Source of the DNA: a virus
Lineage: Duplodnaviria; Caudoviricetes
Length of the DNA stretch: 60,952 nt
Virus record (IMG/VR): IMGVR_UViG_3300025569_000021
Span: 1-60,952 of that record
Direction: 5' to 3' (one strand)
How positions within the stretch are numbered: the stretch's first letter is position 1; every line of letters starts with the position of its first letter. Below, piece after piece: positions 29,761-38,754 of this stretch. The notes below the pieces were generated by a model. The model was given only the letters and a program-made list of their open reading frames with translations. It was not told the origin of the DNA and made no database searches. Position numbers and translations under genes: made by a program.

Positions 29761-30485
29761 GGCGTCAAGCTCCCTTGGTTTGGTGTCCCCTTGCGGGGCG
29801 GGTTGGCGGTTGGGGCGTTCCAATCGCCACGGAAGGCCCCCTCGGGGAAGGGGCGAACCGTGGGGGCTGGACTAGTCTTCAATGCGGCCTAGCAGGGTCG
29901 CGACCCCGTTAGGGCTCACGTGGTAGACGGCGGAGGCACCGTTCCGGAGGTCTACCGTAGACACGACTCCAAAACCGTCGGGCGTCCAGACCTTGAAATG
30001 TGAGCGGCTGAAGGGCTCGATCGGAGCGTTTCCGTCTGGCAAGCGAGAAGCGGCTTGGGTCGCAATAGCGATGAGTTGGGGGATTGTGTGTGTCATGGCG
30101 GGATCCCTTAGATGTAGGACGCGGCCTGGAATGCTTGCGCTTGGGTGTACCAATGCGAGATGAGAATCATCTTGCGGCCAGTGCCGGATCCCATCTTGCG
30201 ACCGTCGGCAACCAGAACGTCCCAAGTGATACCGTCTGGCCGCTGAACTTCGCGGATTTCGACTTGGAGACCTACCTCGATGGCGCGGATGACGCGGGGG
30301 CTCATCGGAGCACCTTGGCCGACGGTGGCTTGCGGGTCTGGAAGGTGGCCCGTCGCGCGTCCCGGTAGGCGAGGCACGCGACTGCCAGGAGGACATCGAA
30401 GAGAAGGGCGATGAGAAGGGACAACATCGGTGGAACCTCTCTAGTAGTGCCGCTCTCGCGGCTTGGTGTCGTGGCTGACAAGCCA

Positions 30486-30514
30486 TTTATAGGAGCGGTG
30501 TAGTAACGTGTCAA
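30486..30514 (-). promoter_or_regulatory. Strong sigma70 promoter heading the accessory array
   Basis: TTGACA (30514-30509), 17 nt spacer, TATAAA (30491-30486) on the minus strand. Confidence 0.8.
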
Positions 30515-30691
30515 GGGGGTAGATGCAAATATTTGTGGCACGGGGATTGCAAGGGGAGTTTGGACGCTCGTGTCACGGATCGGGCGGTTTTTGTGACACA
30601 ACGGCACGGTTTGTGACGGCTGGCGATCGTCATGATGTCTTTACAACTGTCAAGTTTTCTTGACGGCTGTCAGTACTTCGTGACGGGTATC

Positions 30692-30745
30692 CCCTGGATC
30701 GGCCCTGGATCGGCCCTGGATCGGCCCTGGATCGGCCCTGGATCG
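30692..30745. repeat. Tandem 11-bp repeat CCCTGGATCGG, about 4.9 copies, each with GATC
   Basis: Units start at 30692, 30703, 30714, 30725 and 30736. Confidence 0.95.
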
Positions 30746-30784
30746 CCACACAGTACAGGGATACACAGCGTATCCCGGCACAGT

Positions 30785-30830
30785 GGAAGGGCTCGAGGTG
30801 GCAGGGAAGGGCTCGAGGTGGCAGGGAAGG
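30785..30830. repeat. Tandem 20-bp repeat GGAAGGGCTCGAGGTGGCAG, 2.3 copies
   Basis: Read directly. Confidence 0.95.
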
Positions 30831-31352
30831 CAATCCGTGGCGCCCTAGGGCCTCGGCTCACATAAACGCTATGGAACCAACGATCCGCACGTGGACAGTG
30901 CAACGCAAGCTCTGTGATGGCCGATGCCAGGCCGTACCGCAAGGGTCCAGCGCTTCACCGCCGATCGGGACAGAAAAACCTCTCGCGCTCTAGCTCGCTA
31001 GAACGCTATGGATTCAACGCGTTGCGCGCCTATTGAGAATGCGCTATCAGTAGCGGACCCCTGCCGGTGTACTGGAAATGCCGATGGAATCGAGGCCGGG
31101 TGGCGATCCGCCGCATCGCGGCGGCCAGGGAGGTCCCCTTGAAGGGGGCCCCTCTCTCGAAAAATTTTTCCGGGACTCCGTCATTTCAAAAAAGTCCGTG
31201 TAGCACACCTCGTGTCACCATTCTCTTTCTCTTAAAATTTTCTTTCAACTCCACGTCCGAAACCGCCCCGGACGTCGGCATAGATCAAGCCCCCTGGTCT
31301 CGTGGTCCATGGACAGGTGTGGACCGTCCACAGTTGCCCGCACGTCCACGGG

Positions 31353-31700
31353 TCACTCGCTCCACAGCATCTCCACGTTCGCTCCTCTCCCCTCGAACAT
31401 CGGCCAGATTTGCCCTCTTTTGAACCCGGCGAGCCCGCAGCCGACGGCGGTGACCCGGAAGTGCAGCTCGGGATGTTCCCGGGCGAAGGCGAGGAACCGC
31501 AGGACCCCCGAGCGCACCTCTTCCAGTCTGACCGGAGGGTAGTTCCTCCTCAGCTCCTTGGTGACGATGCCGTAGCTCATACCCTGGATCCCCTCGGCCT
31601 GCCCCTGGACGGCTCCGTGCTTCCTGCGAGCCTCCAAGGCTGCACCTTTCCCGTGACGCCCCTCTCGGTTGGAGCCGAAGACGAAAATGGGTCTACTCAC
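31353..31700 (-). CDS. A1S_2505-family phage non-structural protein (macro-like)
   Basis: IFVFGSN..GRHGKGAA..A..GQAEG..G.SYGI.T..F.VTAVGCGLAG. Confidence 0.8.
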   Translation of the reverse strand: MSRPIFVFGSNREGRHGKGAALEARRKHGAVQGQAEGIQGMSYGIVTKELRRNYPPVRLEEVRSGVLRFLAFAREHPELHFRVTAVGCGLAGFKRGQIWPMFEGRGANVEMLWSE

Positions 31701-31959
31701 ACTATCTCAATCCCATCTTCTTCCGGGCGCTGTCGATCATCCAGCATGATCTCGTCGTGGGCTGGCGTTTCCAGGTCGTCGTCCGCGAAGCCAAAACGCT
31801 GCTGGATGGTCTGCGCTTTCGGTGGTGCCATTCGGGTCATTCTCCTTCCGAGTGGGGTGAGTCGAGGTGATGCAGGATCCGGGTTCCCCCCCGGGGAAAA
31901 TTATTTTCTTTCTATAGATACTAATAAGGAAAATAGCATCACCTCGACTCACCTCTTCC

Positions 31960-34959
31960 TCATTTATCCTGCGGAATCGTTGATTGGTAGTAACTTGCGC
32001 GACCCGGTTTTTGGGTGGGCTGAGAATTGGACGTGTTTTGGGTGATGCGAGAAATGCCCCACGCATCACCCTTTTCAGGATCGAGGTCAATACCTCTCCA
32101 AGTCACTTTCCCCTTTGTTCCTGGGTATGTAGAGACTCCGAACCTCTCGCAGAGCCTCTGATTGAACTCTTTCTTACCATAAGCAAACTCACCTGTTTCT
32201 TGGCACCAAGAAGAAAACGCTGAGTGCAGTTCAGCGGCCGAAATTTTCAGTGTAGGCCCCAACTTACAACACTTTTCTACGAATGGCCCAGTAACGTCCA
32301 TTTCGCCCTTATAAGCCTGAATTGCGGCAGTGATTTCTTGTGGTAATCCTAGCCCTTCTTCCCTCCACTGGGTACATCCGTCGATCGCCCACCTCAGAAT
32401 TCCGGGGCGTTCGTCGCGGAATTTGTCGGGCAGATTTTTGTCCTGCTCCGCTTCCGGGATGTGCACCTCGAACGGGATGAGCTTGATGCGAACCCACATC
32501 GCCTGATCCGTATTCTTGATGCGCGGTTTGTGGTTCGTTGCGAGCCAGAGTTTGAATGTCGGATCGAACTCCACGAAGTCCTCTCGCATGTGGCGAGCCT
32601 TGATTTTATCGCCTCCAGTGAGCCATTTGACGAGAGACTCAGCAAGCCTCTTCCCTTTCTCGGTCTCGATGGACGTGACGAACCGCATCCCCATGAGGTC
32701 AGCGAGTTCCGTGGGGTGCGAGTCATTCTTCTTGACGACCAGTAGGTCTGGAGCGGCCTGGCAAGCGTAGTCGCCGAGCATTTCCCTGATCGTGTTGAGG
32801 AACGTGGACTTACCGTTATCCCCACCGCCGAACGGAATGAACAGAGCCTTCTCGGTGAACCTGGCGGTGAGCGAGTATCCAGCCGCGCGCTGCAGGAACG
32901 AGATGAGATGCTGGTTTCCGGCCATGATGCGATCGAGGAATGCGATCCAGGTCGGGCAAGCCGCGGTCGGGTCGTAATCGACTGGGCATAGCTTGGTCAG
33001 CATAGATTCGCGCTTGTGGTCGGAGATTCCCCCTGTACGCAGGTCGACGGTGCCGTTGCGGACGTTCAAGAGCCATGGGTCTCTGTCGAGGTCTTGGATG
33101 AGGACTGGGATAGTCGGCTCGGAAGAGGCCATCTTGATCATGGCGTCGATGGCTCGCATAGATGCCGATCTGCTGGCGTGCTTGGCTATGGCTGTACGCT
33201 CGGCGTCAGCTTCCTTGCTGGAACCTTTGACGAGCGGTGGTTCCTGGAAGATGCGGATCTGAGTATCCTTCGCGTAACGGTAGACTTCCGCGACTCGGTC
33301 AAACGCCCAGCGCATGCCGTCCCACACGAGCCATTTCTTCCACTCATGTGAGTATCGGATATCCTTGCCGTGATAGTAGACGAGCCGCTGGCCATTCCCG
33401 ACGTCAGAGAGGTCATAGACCCTGTCTGGACCTCGAGCATCAGATGGCATGCGGCCGTCTGGCTTCGGCTTCCTTTGGGCGCCACGATGTCCGTTCACCC
33501 TTACACTCGCTACAGCCTTGGTTCGTAGCTTCTTCAACTCCTTGTCGAGGATCCCGGCCGGGATGTTGAGCGCTGGAGAAGCGAGTGCGATGACGCGCCG
33601 CTCGTCCATGGAGTCGACCTGCTTGTCCGGGAGGTCATCGAGTCCCAGGATGAGTTTGATGATCTCGTCGTGCGCGTGGTCTTTCTGCTGCGCTGGCGAG
33701 TCCTTGGTGACGCCAGAGAGGATTTGCTCAGCCTGGTAGACAGCGGATGGGATTGCTCCCTCCACATGCCTCTTCCAAGCCTCGATCCCCTGCTCCCGGA
33801 TGATCTCGTCCGGATCGACCTTGTGCCCGTTCTCCCGAGGAGCCAGCTTCGGCGCCACGTAGATGCGCAAGGCGCGAGCGGCCGTGAGGTTCGAGATGGA
33901 CTTGCCGATGTGCTCCTGCCCCGCGGAGTCCGAGTCAGGGGAGAGGATCACGGCTTCGAGGCTGTGATATCGGCCGATGGTCTCGGCCTGCTCGGCGTGA
34001 ACGTGATTCGTGCCGGTGGCGACGACTCGCCTGTCTCCCGAGATCTGGGCAACTGCGGAGTCGAACAGACCCTCCACACAGACGAGTGTCTTCTCTCGTG
34101 CGCGGATGGCACGGTCGAGGTAGAGCGGAGAGGACATGGCTCCGCCCGGGAGGGAATAGATCTTCGGGATGGACTCCTTGTCGCCCCAGTCGCCCGGATG
34201 CTGCGATGGAGTGGGCGGATCGCCAGGCCAGCGGCCGGCGATGGTGAGCATGGACCCGTGCTCGTCGCGCCAGGGGAAAAGGATGTAGCCGGAGAGGTTC
34301 TGCTTGGTGACGCCGGAGCGGGAGATGGCCTGCGGAGCGAGGCCTTTGTCTTCGAGGTGCTTTCGGAGGGCCATCGTCCCGGTGCGCAAGGGAATGAGCC
34401 CGAGCTGGAGCGTCGTGGCTCCCGCGTGGTCGACGCCTCGGGAGAGGAGATGATCTCTCACGTCGGCCGCGTGCTCGTCTTCGGCCATGAGCTGCTGGTG
34501 GCACCAGAGGACCGCTGCCTCCAGCACCGCCTGGCGGCTATGCCAGTCCCTGGCTTGATGCTGCTCCTCGGGAGTGAGCGGCTCCATATCCATCGGGATG
34601 GCGGCGAGCGACGCGGCGAGTTTGATGGCTTCCACCAGATGTGAGCCGTCCGGGCGGTAGGAACCCGAGAGTGCCTCCAGGATCGACTCGGAGTAGCCGC
34701 AGGAGTTCATGTGCCCGCAGTGCAGGTACTGCTGGTCGGCGTAAGTGTACGTCTCCGGACGCTTACACTTTGGGCAGGGATGTCCACCGAGCCTGCCCTG
34801 GCCCTTATCGACGAGCTTTTGCCAGACGGCGGTGCGAGCGAGACGTGGGGAGACTTCGTTGAAGTAAAAGGCGAGGAGCCGGGATTGGTTGTAGTAGGCG
34901 GAGGAGCGTGGACGCCCGTTCGGTGGGGCGCTAGCCTTGGGCTCGTGTGTGGCGGTCAT
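31960..34959 (-). CDS. Primase-helicase: Zn finger + DnaG/TOPRIM + D5/P4-type SF3 helicase
   Basis: CPKC..CGH..C; VCVEGLFD, PDSDSAG, DPD; GNGQRL, LLNVRNG.VDL, GGGDNGKST, LTGGD.IKAR, ATNHKP. Confidence 0.93.
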   Translation of the reverse strand: MTATHEPKASAPPNGRPRSSAYYNQSRLLAFYFNEVSPRLARTAVWQKLVDKGQGRLGGHPCPKCKRPETYTYADQQYLHCGHMNSCGYSESILEALSGSYRPDGSHLVEAIKLAASLAAIPMDMEPLTPEEQHQARDWHSRQAVLEAAVLWCHQQLMAEDEHAADVRDHLLSRGVDHAGATTLQLGLIPLRTGTMALRKHLEDKGLAPQAISRSGVTKQNLSGYILFPWRDEHGSMLTIAGRWPGDPPTPSQHPGDWGDKESIPKIYSLPGGAMSSPLYLDRAIRAREKTLVCVEGLFDSAVAQISGDRRVVATGTNHVHAEQAETIGRYHSLEAVILSPDSDSAGQEHIGKSISNLTAARALRIYVAPKLAPRENGHKVDPDEIIREQGIEAWKRHVEGAIPSAVYQAEQILSGVTKDSPAQQKDHAHDEIIKLILGLDDLPDKQVDSMDERRVIALASPALNIPAGILDKELKKLRTKAVASVRVNGHRGAQRKPKPDGRMPSDARGPDRVYDLSDVGNGQRLVYYHGKDIRYSHEWKKWLVWDGMRWAFDRVAEVYRYAKDTQIRIFQEPPLVKGSSKEADAERTAIAKHASRSASMRAIDAMIKMASSEPTIPVLIQDLDRDPWLLNVRNGTVDLRTGGISDHKRESMLTKLCPVDYDPTAACPTWIAFLDRIMAGNQHLISFLQRAAGYSLTARFTEKALFIPFGGGDNGKSTFLNTIREMLGDYACQAAPDLLVVKKNDSHPTELADLMGMRFVTSIETEKGKRLAESLVKWLTGGDKIKARHMREDFVEFDPTFKLWLATNHKPRIKNTDQAMWVRIKLIPFEVHIPEAEQDKNLPDKFRDERPGILRWAIDGCTQWREEGLGLPQEITAAIQAYKGEMDVTGPFVEKCCKLGPTLKISAAELHSAFSSWCQETGEFAYGKKEFNQRLCERFGVSTYPGTKGKVTWRGIDLDPEKGDAWGISRITQNTSNSQPTQKPGRASYYQSTIPQDK

Positions 34960-34962
34960 TGG

Positions 34963-35244
34963 TCATGCAACCTTCCTTGACTCAGCGATGAGCCGCTCGG
35001 GGTCGATGAGCACCCCGTGGTCCTTGAGCCGGTGCGCGAGCGCTCTGGCGAGGAGCCGACTGGGCTTCTCTCCTCGCATGACCATGAGCATGTGTACCTG
35101 GCTGACTCCAAGCTCCTCGGCAAGGCCAATGAAGGAGAATGGCTTGGGGTGCCTCTGGCGGGCAGAGTAGATCTTGGCGCGCTCGGGGGAGTCGGGTGGT
35201 GGGATGAGCATGGACGTGGCAGGCAGGACCGCAGGAGACGGCAT
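34963..35244 (-). CDS. Small HTH (Cro-like) protein
   Basis: LAEELGVSQVHM..VMRGE..S. Confidence 0.65.
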   Translation of the reverse strand: MPSPAVLPATSMLIPPPDSPERAKIYSARQRHPKPFSFIGLAEELGVSQVHMLMVMRGEKPSRLLARALAHRLKDHGVLIDPERLIAESRKVA

Positions 35245-35378
35245 GGCCAGGGCTCTCCGGGATGACGAGTTGCAAGGGGCAGGGAACGACTATAAGGTTA
35301 TCATCCATGAACCGCAAGCCACCGCTCGCTGGTCGCTCGCGTCGCTCACCCTGTCAGCCTGAAATTGTGGTAGGCCAC

Positions 35379-35408
35379 TTGACATCCCCAACTTAGCGGA
35401 TGTATGAG
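35379..35408 (+). promoter_or_regulatory. Candidate sigma70 promoter for the dps-Ro60 block
   Basis: TTGACA at 35379, 18 nt spacer, TATGAG; sits at the divergent strand switch. Confidence 0.5.
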
Positions 35409-35435
35409 TGGTTTTGCCAGGGAATGAGGTAACAG

Positions 35436-35909
35436 ATGTCAGAAGGCATTGGATACGGCACGCGTCCGGAGATCGCCAAGCCGCTCGCGCGGCTCTTGGG
35501 AAGCACGTTCATTCTGTACTTGAAGACTCACGGATTCCACTGGAACGTGAGCGGGCCTGAGTTCCCGATGCTGCACGAGTTCTTCGGGAAGCAGTATCAG
35601 GAGCTTTGGGAGGCGGTCGACACGCTTGCCGAGCACCTCCGGACGATGGACGTGAGGGCGCCCGGGAGTTGCGAGGAAATGATCGAGCTATCCTCGCGCG
35701 GAGTCATGGACGGTGGGACCAAGTTCACTGCGCGCGCCATGGTGGAGCAGCTTCTCGATGATCATGAGACTTGTATCGCGCAGGCAAACGAGGCGATGCA
35801 GCCTGCGCAGGCCCGAGACGATCAGGTGACGCTGAACCTTCTGATCGATCGGTGCACGGCGCACAAGAAGGCAGCGTGGATGCTTCGCTCGATACTGAGG
35901 CAATCATGA
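35436..35909 (+). CDS. dps: Dps family DNA-protection / mini-ferritin
   Basis: LYLKTHGFHWNVSGPEF..LHEFF..QY.EL..AVD.LAE..HKKAAWMLRS. Confidence 0.93.
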   Translation: MSEGIGYGTRPEIAKPLARLLGSTFILYLKTHGFHWNVSGPEFPMLHEFFGKQYQELWEAVDTLAEHLRTMDVRAPGSCEEMIELSSRGVMDGGTKFTARAMVEQLLDDHETCIAQANEAMQPAQARDDQVTLNLLIDRCTAHKKAAWMLRSILRQS

Positions 35910-36086
35910 TCGACACAGTGCTTTTCGTCATCCGCTCGGTCGCGATCGGCCTCGTGGCGGGAGTGATCGTGGCGGCGCTATGGCCTGCTCAGCCGCTCGG
36001 AGTGGTCTACGTCACGACGAGCATCGGGACGATCGTGGCGGCAGAGGTGGCGGTGCGGCTCCGAGAGCGGACTGGAGGAGGGTGAG

Positions 36087-36413
36087 ATGGCTCAACATCA
36101 AGTTCTGTGCGGTGTCCCGACGCCGAGTTGCACGGGCAGCACCGTCAAGATGCTCAAGAGTTGGCACGGCCACTGGAAAGCTCATAACGGGCATGCCGAT
36201 GCGTTTGCCTGCTATCGGCGCTACCTGCTCAGCCTTGGTTATGTGGCGCTATCGTCGAGGGAATTCGAGCCTCCGGACGGCGGCCCGATCAGGCTGCTCA
36301 CAAGGCAGGGGAAATTCGGCGCGGAGTTGCGCAAGGGCAAACGTCCCGATCAAGGCTCGGACACGGACAACAGGATGCCGGTCTTTCGGTTTTCTGGGAC
36401 CATCATTGGTTAA
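36087..36413 (+). CDS. Hypothetical protein
   Basis: SD GGAGGAGG; tiles within the operon. Confidence 0.6.
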   Translation: MAQHQVLCGVPTPSCTGSTVKMLKSWHGHWKAHNGHADAFACYRRYLLSLGYVALSSREFEPPDGGPIRLLTRQGKFGAELRKGKRPDQGSDTDNRMPVFRFSGTIIG

Positions 36414-36419
36414 GGGGCC

Positions 36420-36605
36420 ATGGTTAGGATCATCAAAGTCGGAGTGCCAGAAGAAGATCACAACTACACGTACACATGCCGCAAGTGCGCAACGGTCTTC
36501 GAGTTCAAGCGCGGCGAGGCGAGATTTGCGCCATGCCAGGCCTACCCAGACGTTCTTGAGATCCAGTGCCCAGTCTGCGTGGCATTTTGCTGGGTGCCTG
36601 TGTAA
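36420..36605 (+). CDS. Zinc-ribbon protein
   Basis: TCRKCATVFEF..IQCPVC. Confidence 0.7.
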   Translation: MVRIIKVGVPEEDHNYTYTCRKCATVFEFKRGEARFAPCQAYPDVLEIQCPVCVAFCWVPV

Positions 36606-36777
36606 CGAATCAGTAGTCTCGAGAAGCCGCAACGGAGTACGACGGCTGGGTCCAGATGCTCGGGGCCAACCCCGAGGCGCGATTGAAGCTGAAGCACAAC
36701 GACTGGATGTTCTTCTTCGGGAAGTGATCTCTCCCCGATAGCCAGAGGGGAGCAGCGAAGGATTGGAGGGACGTGTG

Positions 36778-38358
36778 ATGGGCAAGTTCAACGCGAACAT
36801 GAAGTACAAGGTGGTCGACAAGCGGAAGGCGCTTGAGGTCGAAGCTGCGGCGCTTGCGGCGGACCCCGCAGCGACCGTGAACCACGAGGGAGGCCTGGCG
36901 TTCAATCCGAGCGCACAGCTTGGGCTCTACCTGCGCTCGTGCGCATCGTTTCTGGAGGACAAGTTCTACGAGTCGGCAACCAGCGAGGCCCTGGCCCTGC
37001 GGAAGCTCGCCCTGGAGGCGGGCCAGAAGTTCACGCTTCAGATGGCGGCCTACGCTCGGAACGAAATGCATCTTCGCTCGCTCCCGGTCATGCTTCTGGC
37101 GGAAGCGGCGGCGATCGGCAAGCAGGGAGATGGTCCGTCCATTGTCAGGCAGTATGCGCCGCAGATCCTGAAGCGAGCGGATGAGCCGGCGGAGTTGATC
37201 GCGTACTGGATTAAGACTCGGGGATCGAAGTCCAGGTTCCCGAATGCGCTCAAGAAGGGGATCTCCGACGCGATGAAGCGCTTCGACGAGTACCAGCTCG
37301 CGAAGTACGATTCGTCCGCGAAGTCGGTGAAGCTCCGGAACGTTCTCGGCATCGCGCATCCAGCGGCAGGCGCGCGGCACCGGCCGCTCCTTGAGCCGCA
37401 CAAGAAGGGGGTGGTGAAGGCCTGGGACGTGAAGGATGCCGAGCGGGAGAGGTTCGATCTCTACGGCCGGGCGTTCAATGGCACGCTGGCGACTCCGGAC
37501 ACCTGGGAGACGTACATCAGTGCCAACGGCTCGACGGCCGAGACCTGGGACGCCATTGCTCCGAAGATGGGCCTATTCGCGCTCGTTCGGAACCTGCGCA
37601 ACTTCGAGGAGAAGGGGGCGACCGGCGCTCTCGCGGTGGCCTTGACGGCCCTTCGGGATCCCGTGCAGGTCCAGAAGTCGCAGATGCTGCCGTTTCGCTG
37701 GCTTTCGGCGGTGAAGGCAACCTCTTCGTCGGTGGTCCAGGATGCTCTTCGGGACGCGATGGACCTCTCTGTCGCGAACGTCCCTCGCTGGAACGGGCTC
37801 ACAGCGGTGTTCTCGGACAACTCCGCGTCGATGGACGACCCGGTGTCCGCGAAGAGCACAGTTCGGCGTCGAGACGTCGCGGGGCTCATGGCGGCGATTT
37901 CGATTCACTTGTCGGAGGGCGAGTACGGCGTCGGCGCGTTCGGGGATACGTTCGAGTGGGTGAAACTCTCGCGGCGCGACAGCGTGCTCACGAACGCGTA
38001 CACTGTCGAGCAGACCCAGGTCGGGCATTCGACCTTCGCGCACCTGTGCATCGATGCCCTGCTCGCAAAGAACCAGTTCGTCGACCGGGTCATCCTGTTC
38101 TCGGACATGCAGTGCTACAGCGCCAGCACATGGGCCGGCAGTGGCTCCCTCGCCGCAAGCTGGAGTCGCTATCTCGCGTCCGTGAACCGGAAGGCGGTCC
38201 TTTACTCCGTAGACCTCGCGGGCTACGGCACGATGCAGTTCCAGGAGACGAACAAGAACGTCGTCCAACTCTCGGGTTGGAGCGATGGGGTTCTGAAGCT
38301 CATTCCAGCGCTCGACGCAGGAGCGAGCGCGGTGGAGGTGGTCAAGAATCAGTGGTGA
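36778..38358 (+). CDS. rsr: Ro60/Rsr-like TROVE-domain RNA-binding protein with vWA domain
   Basis: N.EGG.AF, EDKFYE, AAYARNEMHLRS, RADEPAEL, FDEYQLAKY, TWET.ISA.G, M..FAL.RNLRNF, LPFRW; MIDAS DNSASM; ILFSDMQ; VDLAGYG; LSGWSD. Confidence 0.95.
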   Translation: MGKFNANMKYKVVDKRKALEVEAAALAADPAATVNHEGGLAFNPSAQLGLYLRSCASFLEDKFYESATSEALALRKLALEAGQKFTLQMAAYARNEMHLRSLPVMLLAEAAAIGKQGDGPSIVRQYAPQILKRADEPAELIAYWIKTRGSKSRFPNALKKGISDAMKRFDEYQLAKYDSSAKSVKLRNVLGIAHPAAGARHRPLLEPHKKGVVKAWDVKDAERERFDLYGRAFNGTLATPDTWETYISANGSTAETWDAIAPKMGLFALVRNLRNFEEKGATGALAVALTALRDPVQVQKSQMLPFRWLSAVKATSSSVVQDALRDAMDLSVANVPRWNGLTAVFSDNSASMDDPVSAKSTVRRRDVAGLMAAISIHLSEGEYGVGAFGDTFEWVKLSRRDSVLTNAYTVEQTQVGHSTFAHLCIDALLAKNQFVDRVILFSDMQCYSASTWAGSGSLAASWSRYLASVNRKAVLYSVDLAGYGTMQFQETNKNVVQLSGWSDGVLKLIPALDAGASAVEVVKNQW

Positions 38359-38365
38359 GTGTCGC

Positions 38366-38461
38366 GCTGGCGTGCGCCCCGACTGCAAGGCCGAAAGGCA
38401 CAGTGGCGAGTAAGCCCCAAGTTTACGGACTGAATCGGGCTACGCTCATACAAGCGCCAGC
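38366..38461 (+). ncRNA. Unassigned three-way-junction structured RNA
   Basis: GCTGGCG/CGCCAGC closing stem; GCC-GAAA-GGC hairpin; AGCCC/GGGCT arm. Confidence 0.45.
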
Positions 38462-38474
38462 AAATCAACAACCT

Positions 38475-38542
38475 TGAGAGGCAGCGTAGGAGGCGGTTAC
38501 TTCTTGATATGAAAGCCCCGCCTCCGACTCAATCTCCTCTCA
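38475..38542 (+). ncRNA. Y RNA-like element 1 (minimal, 68 nt)
   Basis: TGAGAGG/CCTCTCA stem, CAGCGTAG, GGAGGCGG/CCGCCTCC stem, TTACTTC, CAATCT. Confidence 0.8.
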
Positions 38543-38586
38543 GTTCACATCGCAGGTCGCGTGGCGCGCAATGCGGCCTCGGGGCC

Positions 38587-38657
38587 TCAGGCGGACGCAG
38601 CTCAACGGGAGCACTGGCGGGAGCCAGCGGAGTGGTTCGATCCCACAACACGCCTGA
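38587..38657 (+). ncRNA. tRNA-like RNA with the anticodon loop replaced by a GGGA tetraloop
   Basis: D arm GCTC-AACGG-GAGC; CTGGC-GGGA-GCCAG; T arm GTGG-TTCGATC-CCAC; closing TCAGGCG/CGCCTGA; acceptor interrupted. Confidence 0.6.
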
Positions 38658-38671
38658 TAAAAATCATCCTT

Positions 38672-38741
38672 TTGAGGCGCAGCGCAGTGGACGGTTACTT
38701 CGCACATAGAGATCTCCGCCCATGATTCAATCTCGCCTCAA
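38672..38741 (+). ncRNA. Y RNA-like element 2 (minimal, 70 nt)
   Basis: TTGAGGCG/CGCCTCAA stem, CAGCGCAG, TGGACGG/CCGCCCA, TTACTTC, CAATCT. Confidence 0.8.
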
Positions 38742-38754
38742 TCCTCTTCAGTCT

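Larger units (their letters stand above)
18317..30427 (-). other. Leftward array of about 25 mostly small accessory (probably early) genes with a shared leader motif
   Basis: Tightly tiled minus-strand ORFs, e.g. 18522-19319, 19316-19516, 20149-20418, 21801-22313, 22368-22619, 23926-24333, 24378-24902, 24944-25504, 25762-26016, 26073-26471, 26755-27057, 27054-27443, 27715-27906, 27981-28280, 29872-30096. Many are preceded by (GG)AG(A/G)C..ACGCC-ATG. Confidence 0.75.

Noticed and set aside
10526-30427. Integron (tyrosine recombinase plus cassette array)
   Set aside because: No attC-type inverted R/L boxes, no IntI-specific insertion evident, and the recombinase is about 7 kb from the array.
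36614-36727. Protein-like fragment EAATEYDGWVQMLG..WMFFFGK upstream of Ro60
   Set aside because: An in-frame TAG lies just upstream and there is no good start or SD. It is too short to call, and TAG is used as a normal stop elsewhere, so there is no case for recoding.
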